Origin: an uncultured Gemmatimonadales bacterium
Lineage (GTDB): Bacteria > Gemmatimonadota > Gemmatimonadetes > Gemmatimonadales > GWC2-71-9
Length of the DNA: 64,000 nt
Reading direction: 5' to 3'
NCBI GenBank assembly: GCA_963825055.1
Contig: CAWGSK010000011.1
Coordinates: 96,001 to 160,000, forward strand
Shown here: one piece after another, positions 32,850 through 43,157 of the stretch
How positions within the stretch are numbered: position 1 is the stretch's first letter
Layout: the number at the start of each line of letters is the position of its first letter
Translations under genes and position numbers: made by a program
Notes under the pieces: model-generated
Database searches by the model: none
Seen by the model: only the letters and a program-made list of their open reading frames with translations
Told to the model about the DNA's origin: nothing

Positions 32850-33441
32850 ATGCGGCTACGCCACAGTGGAATGAACGGACGGCGCCCCTGGCGGGAAGCG
32901 GCCAGTCGCCCGCCCGCTAGCAAGGGGTGACGGGCGGGCCGCCCGCCCTCGGCCAAACTGCCCTTCATGGGCCACCCCCGGCGTTACCCCCCGGGACCGG
33001 CGGAGCCGGCACCGGGGGGGCTCAACCCTGAAGCGGTTGACTGAGACGGCCCCACCCGGCGAATTGTACGGCATCCATCGTCGGACAGGTTGAGATTGGT
33101 GAACGCGTTGGAGCACTTCTCCGCCGGGGCCGGTTCCAGACATGACCGTAACTCGCCAGCGTGACCTGCCGTACTCCGGCAGTTCCCATCAGTTCGTCGG
33201 CGCCGACAGCGGCGATACCGGATCATCTCGCGCCTTTCTCCTCGAGGCGACTCCCCGGTCGCGGCGACCCGGCCGACGCACCACCATCCCACGACGAGGT
33301 ACAGTTCATCAGGGAGCCTGCCCCGGGATACGCTCCCGAGTTCGTGGTGCGACGGTCGAGGCGTCGTCACCACGAGGAATCCAGGCGCACGGATGACATC
33401 CTGACGTCATCAAGGCCGGGAATTCCCCCGCTTTATCGCAT
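32850..33441 (-). pseudogene. GT2 glycosyltransferase (polyprenol-phosphate sugar synthase-like), heavily degraded; 3' end approximate
   Basis: Minus-strand fragments in shifting frames occur in canonical GT2 order: ATG 33441, DVIRA, (V)DDAST, SNAFTNLNLSD, NRFRVEP (cf. NRFGFEPE), GSLAEG. Confidence 0.6.
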
Positions 33442-34727
33442 GGGATCGACGGAGATGCGAGGCAGGCGCCGGTCACGCGGCGGGTGCTTCTTCCCGGCGA
33501 GCCTGCGGGAGCCGCGTCGCACCACGGCCCCCGCCACCAGGACAAGCAGCAGGGGCTGGAAGGCTCGCTCGGCGCGCTCCGCGTGCGGCAGCGCATGCAG
33601 CTGGGTCGCATAGATCAGGATCGCATGATGGGGAGCAGCCGGCGCCGCTCCCTCCAGGGACGGATCACCGCGACCAAGGCCAGGATCGGGAGCGCGCGCG
33701 CCAGCATGACCTGCACGCCGCCCGGGGCCCGACAGCCGGCCTGTCGCAGCGCCCCGAGCGAAAAGCCGTTCATTGCTCCAATCTGCGTTGGGATCGACGA
33801 CCCAGAAAGTGACCACCTTCTCGGCGGCGTACCGAAGATTGGTGAACGGTTCACTCCGAATCGACCGGATCGCGCGGGCGGTCCACCAGCGGTCTCCCTC
33901 GACGGTGGTCGGGTTGTGCTCGCGCCAGCCGGGACCGTAGATCACCTCGCCCCATACCGCCGGTACGTGTAGCCCTGGTCGCGCAACAGGTGGTAATACT
34001 CCGGGCTCCCCTGCCAGAGGAAGGCGTTGCTGGTGGCCAGGGGGAACCACGCATCGTACCGAATGCGGTTGCGGACAAGCCAGGGACTCACGATCAGCAG
34101 GGTCGCCGCCAGGATCGGGCCATGCTCGCCGGGCTCCGTGAGGCCGAGGGCAAGCGGTGCTGGAGCACGAGGAAAGGGGGAGGAACGGGATCTTCGGCGT
34201 ATGTAGTGCTGATCCTGACAGAGCCCACCCACAGGAAGCGGCCTCTCGTCGGCTCGCAGGCATGCGGAGCGAGCGCACGATGAGGACCAGCGGGGTAAAC
34301 AGGATTTCGCTCAGGAGGTGGAGTGACTGGTGGATGAGGACGTAGCTGAACGCCGCCACCAGGGCGGCCGTCAGGCCGGCGATGTGCCGAACACCCGGCG
34401 ACCGAGATGCCAGGTCACACCACTGACCGGCGCCGGGGACGGCCTGGACGTAGCGGAGGGCATGATAGGACGTGCCGGTCAGCCAGTGGACCGCGGCTAC
34501 CCACAGGGGGTAGAGCGGCACCCGGCCCACCCAGGTGTAGCCCTGTCCGGCCAGCAATTCCGGCGCGGTGGTGTTGCAACCGGGCGCCCCGATGAGCCAC
34601 GCCGTATTGTCCGGCTGGCGCTGATTGAACCACCAGGCCGCGAAGAGGCGGATCAGCAGCGCCAGCACGACCAGAACCCCGGCCACCCTGCGGCAGGCGA
34701 CCGGGTCATGCCGACCTGCTTCACCAT
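33433..34727 (-). CDS. GT-C fold membrane glycosyltransferase (ArnT/PMT_2-like); multiple frameshifts
   Basis: Hydrophobic fragments RVPLYPLWVAAVHWLTG..ALRYVQA, LLSEILFTPL, SPWLVRNRIRYDAWFPLATSNAFLWQG, AIRSIRSEP..LRYAAEKV. Confidence 0.7.
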
Positions 34728-34930
34728 GGCCCGGAGATTCACGCAGATCGCCTGCCGGCTGGGATGCGGGAGACTAGCTGTCGGCCGCGGCCTCGGCAAG
34801 CAGGCGGGGCGTCCGTCCGGCTCCTTGCGCCGCCGCCAGGCAGGCATGCCTTGTCACCTGGACCTGATCGTGCCGAGATTGCGACCTTGAAGTCCTGCCT
34901 TCCTCCGATCCCATCCATGGGGAGAGGACG

Positions 34931-36337
34931 ATGCAGATGGTCAGGCCACCAGCCTCGATTCCCGCCGCCGCCCTGGATGCCTTGAGCGCCCGGGTCAAGG
35001 GGCCGGTCCTCCCGCCGGGGGACACCGGCTTCGAGGAATCCCGGACGGTCTGGAACGCCATGATCGACCGGACACCGGCCATCGTCCTACGCTGCCTCGG
35101 CAATGCGGACGTGATTGCCGGCATCCACTTCGCGCGGGAGCACGGGCTCCTCCTCTGCATCAAGGGCGGCGGCCACAATATCGCCGGGCTGGCCACGGCG
35201 GATGGGGCCCTGATGCTGGACCTGTCGCTGATGCGGGGCGTCTGGGTGGAGGCGGAGAAGAGGCTCGCTCACGCGCAGGGAGGGTGCCTGCTGGGCGACG
35301 TGGATCGTGAAACCCAGGTGCATGGCCTGGCCACCGTCCTGGGGTTCGTCTCCGCCACCGGCATCGCCGGGCTCACCCTCGGCGGCGGGTTCGGTTACCT
35401 GACCCGTCGCTGGGGGTGGACGACCGACAATGTGACGGGAATGGATGTCGTCACCGCGGACGGCAGGCTCGTCCGGGCAAGTGAGAAGGAGAATGCCGAC
35501 CTCTTCTGGGGCCTGCGGGGCGGTGGCGGCAACTTCGGGGTGGTGACCGGGATCGACTATACCCTCTATCCCGTCGGCCCCGAGGTCGTCGGGGGCCTGG
35601 TCGCGTGGCCCGCCGCCGATGCGGCAGGCGTCCTCGAGCTGTACCGGAACCTCGCCGCCTCGGCGCCCCCTGAACTCACCCTCGTCACCCTCATGCGGCC
35701 CGCCCCACCCGCGCCCTGGCTGCCGAAGGAGATTCACGGGAAACCCATCGTAGCCATCCTCGCGTGCTACAGCGGCGACCCTGCGACGGGTGAGAAGGTC
35801 GTGGCGCCGATCAAGGCGTTCGGCACTCCCGTCGGGGATGTGCTGGTCCGCCGGCCCTACGCCCAGCTTCAGGGACTCCTGGACGGGACCCAGCCGAAGG
35901 GGCGGCGCTACTACTGGAAGAGCGAGTACCTTCCGGACATCGCGCCGGAACTGTGCGAGAAGTTCATGGCCCACGCCACGAAATTCCGGTCGCCGCACTC
36001 GGCTTTGATCCTGTTCCAGATCGAGGGCGCCCTCAACCGGCTCCCCAACGACCACTCCGCCGTCGGCAATCGCGATGCGCGCTACGTCATCAACATTGGC
36101 GGGGCCTGGGAGCAGGCGTCGGATGACGAGGCCAACCTGGCCTGGGCCCGGGACGCGTGGAATGACACGAAGGAATTCTCGACCGGCGGGACCTACATCA
36201 ACTTCCTGACCCAGGACGAGGGCCCGGAACGGATCGCGGCGGCGCTCGGCGGGAACATGGCGCGCCTGCAGGAGGTGAAGGCGAAGTGGGATCCGGAGAA
36301 TGTGTTCCGGACAAACCGGAACATCCGTCCCGCCTGA
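34931..36337 (+). CDS. FAD-binding oxidoreductase, berberine-bridge-enzyme (BBE) family
   Basis: WNAMIDRTPA, KGGGHNIAG (FAD His), TGIAGLTLGGGFG, DLFWGLRGGGGNFGVVT, YINF, KAKWDPENVFRTNRNI. Confidence 0.92.
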   Translation: MQMVRPPASIPAAALDALSARVKGPVLPPGDTGFEESRTVWNAMIDRTPAIVLRCLGNADVIAGIHFAREHGLLLCIKGGGHNIAGLATADGALMLDLSLMRGVWVEAEKRLAHAQGGCLLGDVDRETQVHGLATVLGFVSATGIAGLTLGGGFGYLTRRWGWTTDNVTGMDVVTADGRLVRASEKENADLFWGLRGGGGNFGVVTGIDYTLYPVGPEVVGGLVAWPAADAAGVLELYRNLAASAPPELTLVTLMRPAPPAPWLPKEIHGKPIVAILACYSGDPATGEKVVAPIKAFGTPVGDVLVRRPYAQLQGLLDGTQPKGRRYYWKSEYLPDIAPELCEKFMAHATKFRSPHSALILFQIEGALNRLPNDHSAVGNRDARYVINIGGAWEQASDDEANLAWARDAWNDTKEFSTGGTYINFLTQDEGPERIAAALGGNMARLQEVKAKWDPENVFRTNRNIRPA

Positions 36338-36473
36338 GCGGGGCGCCAGCGCCACCCATGGCCGATCTGACCTTCCTTCGGCGCAGCCGCTCGATTACTG
36401 GTACGACAAAGACGATCCGCCCGATCCGCCCGCCATACCCGCGGGTCATCCTTCCACCTGCGGAGCGTGCACC

Positions 36474-38213
36474 ATGCGGACTCTGACCCTCTCGCTCATC
36501 TCGCTCGCCGTGGTCGGTGGGGGAATGGCCCTGGCGTTCGGCGAAGCTTCGCCGGCTCCCGGCGCGGCCACCCCGGCGGCGGACGGTTTCCAGTGGTTCC
36601 TCGCGCTCTCGGGGCCCCACGGAGCCGATGCCGGGGACGACCTGGCCATTGACGAGGAGGGGAACCTGTTCGTCGCGGGCTATCAGGGTGGGCTCGACAT
36701 GGACGCCGACGGCACGGTGGACCTGCCTGGCGACCAGGCTGATCCCGTCTTCTTCAAGTTCAGCCAGCGTCCGACGGGCAAGGGCGTCAAGCTCCAGTGG
36801 GTCCGGTCGCCGTCCTCGCCGGGATTCAACATGTCGAATTCGATCGCCCCCGACCGGCAGGGCGGCGCCTATGCGCTCGGCAGGTTTCGCGAGACCATCA
36901 CCTTCAGCCCCACCCTGACGTTGCAGGGCGGGGGCCAGAACGACGCGTTCCTGGCGCGCTACGGCAAGGATGGCGACGTGCTCTGGGCGAGGGCCTTCGG
37001 CGGCGCCGGCCAGGACGCGCTGTCACGTGTGGCCAGCGATGCCGCGGGGAACGCCTATGTAGTGGGCTGGGGCGAGGGCTCCTTCCCCCTCGATGAGCAC
37101 GGCGCGCGCTTTCGCGCGGGCCGTGGGACGGCCATGGTCATCGCCTCGTACGATCCCGAGGGAACCATTCGCTGGGCGCACGTGGTGGACGCCCCGGCAC
37201 ACGCCATCATTGTCGAGGTGGCACCCGATGGTGAGGTGGTGGTCACCGGTGAGACGGAGGGAGCAATCGACTTCGATGGCGACGGGACGGTCGACGTTCC
37301 CGCGCCGGCCATGCGTGACGGGTTCGTCGCCCGGTTCGGCCCCGACGGGACATTCCGGGGCGCCTGGGCGCTGGCGCCCGGCCCGGGGTTCATCGCTTTC
37401 GCAGCGAACGGGGACGTCTTCCTGCTGGGCATCATGGGCAACCAGGCCGTGAAGCGGTACGGCCCGGCCGACTTCGATGGTGACGGAACACCTGACGTGC
37501 CAACGAAGGGCGACGGGAAGGGCGGCGGGTGGATTGCCCGCTACGGCCGCGACGGGACGCTGCGGTGGGTCCGGTCATATGTCCTGGAGCGCCCCACGGA
37601 CCTGGTGACATACGGAGACCGGCTGGTCATGACCGGCGGATACCACGGCATCCTCGATCTCGATGAGGACGGCGTGCCGGAGCGGGTCGACCAGACGGTC
37701 GACGCCTCGCTCGAATCCGAGATTGCGATCCTCGTCCTCTCGGGGGAGGACGGCACCCCGGAGCAGGTCTTCACGGCGCCGGGCCCGGGAAGGGATATGG
37801 CGGCCGCCGGAGGGTTCCTGCCTGGCCAGCCGGTCCTGCTCGTGACAGGATACGTCCAGCTCACCGCGGACTTTACCGGCGACGGGAAGGACGGTGAGGG
37901 CTGGGCGAAGTGCGAGGCACTGGGAGACATCTTCGTAGCCAGCTACCGGCTGGGCGAGGAGCCCCGGATCCACCTGGCGGCGACACGGAAGGAGATTTCG
38001 GGTACAGGCTTCGAGTCAAGGCTGACGTGGACGGGGCTCACGTCCGCGAAGGTGGACGTATACCGCAACGGCACCCTGCTGGCCACGGTCGCCGACACCG
38101 GCGGCTACGTCGACATGATTCCCCACGGGGCCCAGGGGCGAAAGGCGCCCACCTACCGTGTCTGCGAGGCCGGCACCCAACGCTGCTCGAGGAAAGCCAG
38201 CGCGGAGTTCTGA
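36474..38213 (+). CDS. Secreted SBBP-type beta-propeller protein with DxDxDG loops and a C-terminal Ig/Fn3-like domain
   Basis: Signal peptide; repeats DAFLARYGKDGDVLWARAFGG and DAAGNAYVVG; five DxDxDG-like motifs; tail RLTWTG..VDVYRNG..TYRVCEAGTQRCS. Confidence 0.8.
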   Translation: MRTLTLSLISLAVVGGGMALAFGEASPAPGAATPAADGFQWFLALSGPHGADAGDDLAIDEEGNLFVAGYQGGLDMDADGTVDLPGDQADPVFFKFSQRPTGKGVKLQWVRSPSSPGFNMSNSIAPDRQGGAYALGRFRETITFSPTLTLQGGGQNDAFLARYGKDGDVLWARAFGGAGQDALSRVASDAAGNAYVVGWGEGSFPLDEHGARFRAGRGTAMVIASYDPEGTIRWAHVVDAPAHAIIVEVAPDGEVVVTGETEGAIDFDGDGTVDVPAPAMRDGFVARFGPDGTFRGAWALAPGPGFIAFAANGDVFLLGIMGNQAVKRYGPADFDGDGTPDVPTKGDGKGGGWIARYGRDGTLRWVRSYVLERPTDLVTYGDRLVMTGGYHGILDLDEDGVPERVDQTVDASLESEIAILVLSGEDGTPEQVFTAPGPGRDMAAAGGFLPGQPVLLVTGYVQLTADFTGDGKDGEGWAKCEALGDIFVASYRLGEEPRIHLAATRKEISGTGFESRLTWTGLTSAKVDVYRNGTLLATVADTGGYVDMIPHGAQGRKAPTYRVCEAGTQRCSRKASAEF

Positions 38214-38240
38214 CAGTCCCTCACCATTCAGGAGGACCGT

Positions 38241-38510
38241 ATGCGGCTCAGCCCGAAGGCACTCGCCATCTCCCTCGGCGTGATGTGGGGACTTGGCGTC
38301 CTGTGTGTAGGCCTCGCCCACCAGATCTGGCCCGGCTATGGCGGCGCCTTCCTCGACCTGATGGCCTCGATCTATCCCGGATACCATCCCGGCGGTATGG
38401 GGGCGGTCATCGTCGCGGCGCTTTACGCCCTGGTGGACGGCGCGGTGGGCGGGCTGGTGCTGGCGTGGGTCTACAACGGGGCGGCCGGGATGGCAGGTTC
38501 CGTGGCATAA
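38241..38510 (+). CDS. Small membrane protein (family often auto-annotated as holin-like)
   Basis: 89 aa, hydrophobic helices, ASIYPGY and DGAVGG..AWVYN motifs, strong RBS AGGAGG. Confidence 0.7.
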   Translation: MRLSPKALAISLGVMWGLGVLCVGLAHQIWPGYGGAFLDLMASIYPGYHPGGMGAVIVAALYALVDGAVGGLVLAWVYNGAAGMAGSVA

Positions 38511-38514
38511 ACGG

Positions 38515-38967
38515 TCAGGGCGCGCCATCCAGGAACACGGCGCGCCGCTCCGCCCAGGCGGTGCCGAGCGCTTCGAGCACTTCCTCGTCCAGGACTGCCT
38601 CCGCCATGGGGAAGGCGACCCGCTCTTCCTTCGCGAAATGCTCGCGGGCTAGCGCGACCGCCTCGAGCAACGCCGCACGCGCCGTGTCCTGCTTCGCGCT
38701 CACCTGTGCCCGGTCCAGCAACGCGGCGATGCGCTGGTGCTCGTCTTCCATGGTGGCCAGGAGCCCCACGTCCGCCCCGGCTTCCGCCATCCGGCGGAAG
38801 AGTACCTCGTCCTCCAGCCTGGCGTGCGAGATGAGTGCCGCCGCCAGGAGGGCGGCCTGCTCCCGGATCTGGTGCTCGTCAGTCCCGTGCGGCAGGTCCG
38901 CTTCAAGGCGATCGAACTGGGCGTAGAAGGCGCCGTGCTCGCCCAGCAGGGCATCCGTCATTTTCAT
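38515..38967 (-). CDS. Hemerythrin-domain protein
   Basis: LLGEH, HARLEDEVLF, MEDEHQRI, EHFAKEERVAFP (HHE pattern); ATGA overlap with the upstream dehydrogenase. Confidence 0.88.
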   Translation of the reverse strand: MKMTDALLGEHGAFYAQFDRLEADLPHGTDEHQIREQAALLAAALISHARLEDEVLFRRMAEAGADVGLLATMEDEHQRIAALLDRAQVSAKQDTARAALLEAVALAREHFAKEERVAFPMAEAVLDEEVLEALGTAWAERRAVFLDGAP

Positions 38968-39986
38968 GGCGTCACCACCACGCGAATCGCATTCCCGCCC
39001 CGAAGCTCGTCGAACGCCTCCGCGATACGGTCGAGCGGATAGCGGTGTGTCACGAGCTCCTCCAGCCGCACACCGCCCTGCCGCACCATCTCGATGGCCC
39101 GCGGGTAGTCCACCGGCCGGCAACCCAGGGAACCGAGTACCGTGATCTCCCGGAACATCACCCGTCCTGCGTTGAGCGGCAGCGTCTCGGGGCTGTATCC
39201 GACCAGCACGACACGACCGCCGGTCCGGACACCATTGAGCGCCAGTTCCTGGGTCGCCGCCCGGCCCACCGCCTCGAACGCGACATCGGCGCCCCCGCCG
39301 GTAAGGTGACGGATCTCGCGATCCACCCGGGACGCACCGCCGGAATTGAGGGTCGCCACGGCGCCGAACCGGCGCGCCGCATCCAGCTTGAGGTCATTCA
39401 CGTCCACGGCGATCACCCTGCCTCCCAGCGCGGTGGCAATCTGGACCAGGCTCAGGCCCACGCCCCCACACCCGATCACCAGCACCCAGTCGCCGGGCAC
39501 CACCCGGCCACGCCGCACCACGGCGTGGAACGGCGTGGTCACCGCGTCGGCGATGATGGAACCCTCCACCAGGGGCACGTCGTCCGGGAGCGGGAACACG
39601 TCCTTTGCCGGCACGGCGATGAACTCCGCGAAGCCGCCGTCGATGTGGTTCCCCAGCATCCGGCTGTTTTCGCAGATGTTCTCCCGCCCGGAACGGCACA
39701 GTGTGCAGTACCCGCACGACAGCACTGCGGGGATCAGCACACGATCCCCCTCCGCGAGGGCCGACACGCCGTCGCCCACGCCGGCCACCGTGCCGGCCAC
39801 TTCGTGGCCAAGGATGACGGGAGGCGGCTTGAAGGTCGGCGTGCCGTGGTCGATATAGTGGAGGTCGGTGTGGCAGACGCCGCATCCCGCCACCGCAATG
39901 AGCACCTCGCCGGGCCCGGCCACCGGCGTGGTGACTTCCTCCAGCTCGAGCGGCTGGTGCGCGGCATGAAACACGGCGGCCTTCAC
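38964..39986 (-). CDS. had: Zn-dependent dehydrogenase, probably 6-hydroxycyclohex-1-ene-1-carbonyl-CoA dehydrogenase
   Basis: GCGVCHTD, LGHE, CGYCTLCRSGRENIC, GCGGVG, GSLGCRPVDYP; position in the bcr operon. Confidence 0.8.
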   Translation of the reverse strand: MKAAVFHAAHQPLELEEVTTPVAGPGEVLIAVAGCGVCHTDLHYIDHGTPTFKPPPVILGHEVAGTVAGVGDGVSALAEGDRVLIPAVLSCGYCTLCRSGRENICENSRMLGNHIDGGFAEFIAVPAKDVFPLPDDVPLVEGSIIADAVTTPFHAVVRRGRVVPGDWVLVIGCGGVGLSLVQIATALGGRVIAVDVNDLKLDAARRFGAVATLNSGGASRVDREIRHLTGGGADVAFEAVGRAATQELALNGVRTGGRVVLVGYSPETLPLNAGRVMFREITVLGSLGCRPVDYPRAIEMVRQGGVRLEELVTHRYPLDRIAEAFDELRGGNAIRVVVTP

Positions 39987-40222
39987 GGCGCCCTCCTGGA
40001 GTAGATGATGCGGAACAGGTCGAAGGCGAGGCGGCAGTCGCCGCATTCCTCCCGAAGGTCGGCTGGCCCCGGGCGCTCAAGGCGCACCTCGAACCCCAAC
40101 TCCCGGTAGAGCCGTACCGACTCGGCCAGGCGATCCCCCGCGGCCATGAAGCGCCGCGTCCATCCTTCCGCCTCCGGCCCCGGCGGCTGGAGCGGCTCGA
40201 ACACCGGCAGCGGCCGGCCCAT
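39983..40222 (-). CDS. Small hypothetical protein with a CxxC motif
   Basis: 79 aa, GWTRRFMA..RLAESVRLYRELGFEVRLE..ECGDC..IYSR; overlaps both neighbours. Confidence 0.75.
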   Translation of the reverse strand: MGRPLPVFEPLQPPGPEAEGWTRRFMAAGDRLAESVRLYRELGFEVRLERPGPADLREECGDCRLAFDLFRIIYSRRAP

Positions 40223-41031
40223 CAGGCCGCCGCGGTCGCGCCGCGTTTGGCCAGCCGGTCCCGGCCGAGGATGGCCGCGCCGATCGCGGCGGTGAACTGG
40301 GCGAGCGGCTCCGCCGGCACGTTGACCTCGATGCCGAGCTGGTCGTGCAGCACCTGCGCCATGGTGGGGAAACGCAGGATCCCGCCGACCAGGGTGACCT
40401 CCGGCTCCAGCTTCACGCGCTTGAGCAGCTGGACGCAGCGCGTGACCAGGGACACCATGGCACCGTGCACAATGTCGGCGGGGAGGCGGCCCGTGGAGAC
40501 GTGATTGATGACTTCCGACTCCGCGAAGACCGCGCAGACTCCTGAGATTGCCGCCGCGTCCGCGGAGGCAGCGGCCAGGGCACCGATCTGCGCGGTGCCA
40601 TAACCGAGGTAGCGCGCCGTCTTCTCCAGGAACGCGCCCGTGCCGGCGGCGCACTTGTCGTTGAGGCGGAAGGACATCACCCGGCCACGTCCATCGATCC
40701 GGCTGGCCTTCATCGTCTGTCCACCCACGTCCAGGATCGTGTGGGTTCCGGGAAAGAAGTAGTGGGCCCCGCGCCCCTGCGCGGTCAGGTCGGTGGCCTG
40801 AAGGTCGCGGAAGGGAACCTGGTAACGGCCTGCGCCGGTGCTCACCAGGATATCGACGTCGTCCCGGGTGGCTCCCGCGTGGCGCAGCACCGCCGCCCAG
40901 GTCTCGCCGGCGACCTCCTCGAGCTTGAATCCCGTGGGCTGCATGGCCGTGGCCACGAGGGCGCCGTCCGCGCCGAGGAGTGCTGCCTTGGTATACGTCG
41001 ATCCGACGTCGATGCCACCGGTGAGGTTCAT
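40222..41031 (-). CDS. bcrD: Benzoyl-CoA reductase ATPase subunit D (BadG/BcrD-type activase)
   Basis: [46 protein letters not shown]. Confidence 0.82.
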   Translation of the reverse strand: MNLTGGIDVGSTYTKAALLGADGALVATAMQPTGFKLEEVAGETWAAVLRHAGATRDDVDILVSTGAGRYQVPFRDLQATDLTAQGRGAHYFFPGTHTILDVGGQTMKASRIDGRGRVMSFRLNDKCAAGTGAFLEKTARYLGYGTAQIGALAAASADAAAISGVCAVFAESEVINHVSTGRLPADIVHGAMVSLVTRCVQLLKRVKLEPEVTLVGGILRFPTMAQVLHDQLGIEVNVPAEPLAQFTAAIGAAILGRDRLAKRGATAAA

Positions 41032-41846
41032 GGCGTCACCCCCGCGCGTGAGGCCGCGGGCACCCCTGCCAGGACACGGTCCATGGCGAAGAGGGCCGCG
41101 CCGAGCGCGCCCATGTAGTGCGAGTCTTCGCCGACCTGCAGCGTGGTCCCGAGCAGTTCGTTAAGCACGGCCACCATCGCGATGTTCCGTGCCACCCCGC
41201 CCGTGAAAGTGACGGTTTCCTCCACCCCGACCCGCGTGAGCAGCGAACGCGAACGTGCGGCGATGGACCGGTGCACCCCCATCAGGATGTCCTCCAGTTT
41301 CTTCCCCTTGGCCGCCCAGGCGAGCACCTCCGACTCGGCGAACACCGTACAGGTGGTGGAGATCTTGACCGGCCGCTGGGCCCGCAGGGCGATCCCGCCA
41401 AGTTCGTCGAGCGGGATCTCCAGCGCGAAGGATGCCGCCTGCAGGAACCGTCCGGTCCCGGCGGCGCACTTGTCGTTCATGCAGAAGTCGAGAACGTCCC
41501 CATTCTCGCCCACGCGGATGGCCTTGGTGTCCTGCCCGCCCATGTCCAGGACTGTGCGCGTGCCGGGAAACAACTGCACCGCCCCGCGGGCATGGCAGCT
41601 GATCTCGGTGACCTGGTCGTGGCCGAAGGTCACCTTGTAGCGCCCGTACCCGGTGCCGATCACGTATCCGACCTCCGCCTCCCGGACCACGGCATCATCG
41701 AGCGCGGCCTGGAATGCCTCCTCCGCCGCGTGGACCACATTGGCGCCGGTCATGATCAGCGACCGTCCGCGGATGCGGCCAGCCTCGTCCACGATTACGG
41801 CCTTGGTCTGGGTGGAGCCGACGTCCACTCCGCCTGCGTACGGCAT
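41028..41846 (-). CDS. bcrA: Benzoyl-CoA reductase ATPase subunit A (BadF/BcrA-type activase, short form)
   Basis: [68 protein letters not shown]. Confidence 0.82.
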   Translation of the reverse strand: MPYAGGVDVGSTQTKAVIVDEAGRIRGRSLIMTGANVVHAAEEAFQAALDDAVVREAEVGYVIGTGYGRYKVTFGHDQVTEISCHARGAVQLFPGTRTVLDMGGQDTKAIRVGENGDVLDFCMNDKCAAGTGRFLQAASFALEIPLDELGGIALRAQRPVKISTTCTVFAESEVLAWAAKGKKLEDILMGVHRSIAARSRSLLTRVGVEETVTFTGGVARNIAMVAVLNELLGTTLQVGEDSHYMGALGAALFAMDRVLAGVPAASRAGVTP

Positions 41847-41857
41847 CGTTCCTCCGT

Positions 41858-43147
41858 TCACCCCGCGGCGGCGGTGCGCAGCCGACGGGAGTTGAGGCCC
41901 TCGAAAAAGGCATCGATCCTGTTCTTGAGCTGCGCCTCCGACACCACCCGGCGGTCCATCATGTCCGACTCGATGTAGAGGCACTGCACGTCCCGCTCCC
42001 GCATCACGGCTTTCCGGCTGCCGGCCAGTCCGGTGGAGACGGTGCGGCAGCTCTTGACCGGGTGGTAGACGATGCCGTCCGCCCGGGCAAGGTCCACCTC
42101 CGCGATAAGCTGGCGGTCCTGGAAGAGCATGGCGTCCCCCGCGTGGCCGATGCCCCGGAGGATGCCCTCGGCGAGGCTCGACAGCGGCCGCTCGAGGTCG
42201 TACTGGAAGCCCAGGTCCAGCCCGCCCGCGGCGAACCAGAGGTACGTGGACCCCACGAACACCCCGCCCCGGTCGGCGAACATCTCATGGAAGCGCCGGA
42301 AGATCGGGTAACACGGCACGCCCACGAACAGCAGGCGATGCTGCTCGTCCTCCAGGGCGCCGATGCCCCGGTCGACCTTGTACTCGATCTCCTCGACCAG
42401 CCGCTCGAAATACTCCGCCCCCTCGCGGGTACCACGGAGCGCGTTCAGGACGCCGAGATAGATCGTGCCGTCCACCAGGGCGTTGAACGGGGCCGGCGTG
42501 GCCCGGTTGAGCTCGAGGATCCGCTTCCACGATGTCGCCATCCGGTTGGTGTAGCCCAGCACTTCCACCAGGCGCTCGAGGTCCAGCGTCCGGCCGGTGA
42601 GCGTGGTGCAGGTATCGATGAGCTCGCAGAGCTGGTGCTCGAGGTACTGGAGGTCCTGCTCCCGCGGGGCGGTGGCGCTGTTCGACTCCCCCGCTGAGCG
42701 TGAGCCCGGGATGTCCAGGGTGAACATGGGAATCCGGTAGTGGCGCTCCCAGAACTCGGCCCACTTCACGTAGGTGTTGCACGCGTTCGTGGCCAGGGCC
42801 AGTGAGGGCTTCGGGATCCGCCCCATCGGATGCTGCCCGCCGCGGAGCTGGACCGCCACGTCGGCCTTCACGTATCCGCAGATGTCCGGCGAGTAGCCGT
42901 AGTCCTCGGCCTCGCCGAGGTATTCGTGGGCCACGTGCCGCACCGCGGTCTGGAGCGAGTTGATCTCCGGGAACACCAGGTGCATCTCGAAGGCGCGCAG
43001 GATCTCCGCCAGGCTGCCCATGACAAAGACATAGGCCGCCGGCTCGCCCCGTTCGGCGGCGGCGTCCAGCCGGTGGAACCACTCCCGCATGAGCGCCGCG
43101 CCCTCCCGCGCCCCGCGTCCCACGGTGTCCAGCGGCCCTGCCGTCAC
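41858..43147 (-). CDS. bcrB: Benzoyl-CoA reductase subunit B (2-hydroxyacyl-CoA dehydratase family)
   Basis: [68 protein letters not shown]; resembles Thauera BcrB as recalled. Confidence 0.85.
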   Translation of the reverse strand: MTAGPLDTVGRGAREGAALMREWFHRLDAAAERGEPAAYVFVMGSLAEILRAFEMHLVFPEINSLQTAVRHVAHEYLGEAEDYGYSPDICGYVKADVAVQLRGGQHPMGRIPKPSLALATNACNTYVKWAEFWERHYRIPMFTLDIPGSRSAGESNSATAPREQDLQYLEHQLCELIDTCTTLTGRTLDLERLVEVLGYTNRMATSWKRILELNRATPAPFNALVDGTIYLGVLNALRGTREGAEYFERLVEEIEYKVDRGIGALEDEQHRLLFVGVPCYPIFRRFHEMFADRGGVFVGSTYLWFAAGGLDLGFQYDLERPLSSLAEGILRGIGHAGDAMLFQDRQLIAEVDLARADGIVYHPVKSCRTVSTGLAGSRKAVMRERDVQCLYIESDMMDRRVVSEAQLKNRIDAFFEGLNSRRLRTAAAG

Positions 43148-43157
43148 GACAACCTCC

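Noticed and set aside
32460..32850. LacI/MalR-type operator upstream of susC
   Set aside because: No convincing palindrome was found by eye, and no cognate regulator is in the window.
38241..38510. Prophage lysis cassette
   Set aside because: The holin-like label is only a family annotation; no endolysin or other phage genes are nearby.
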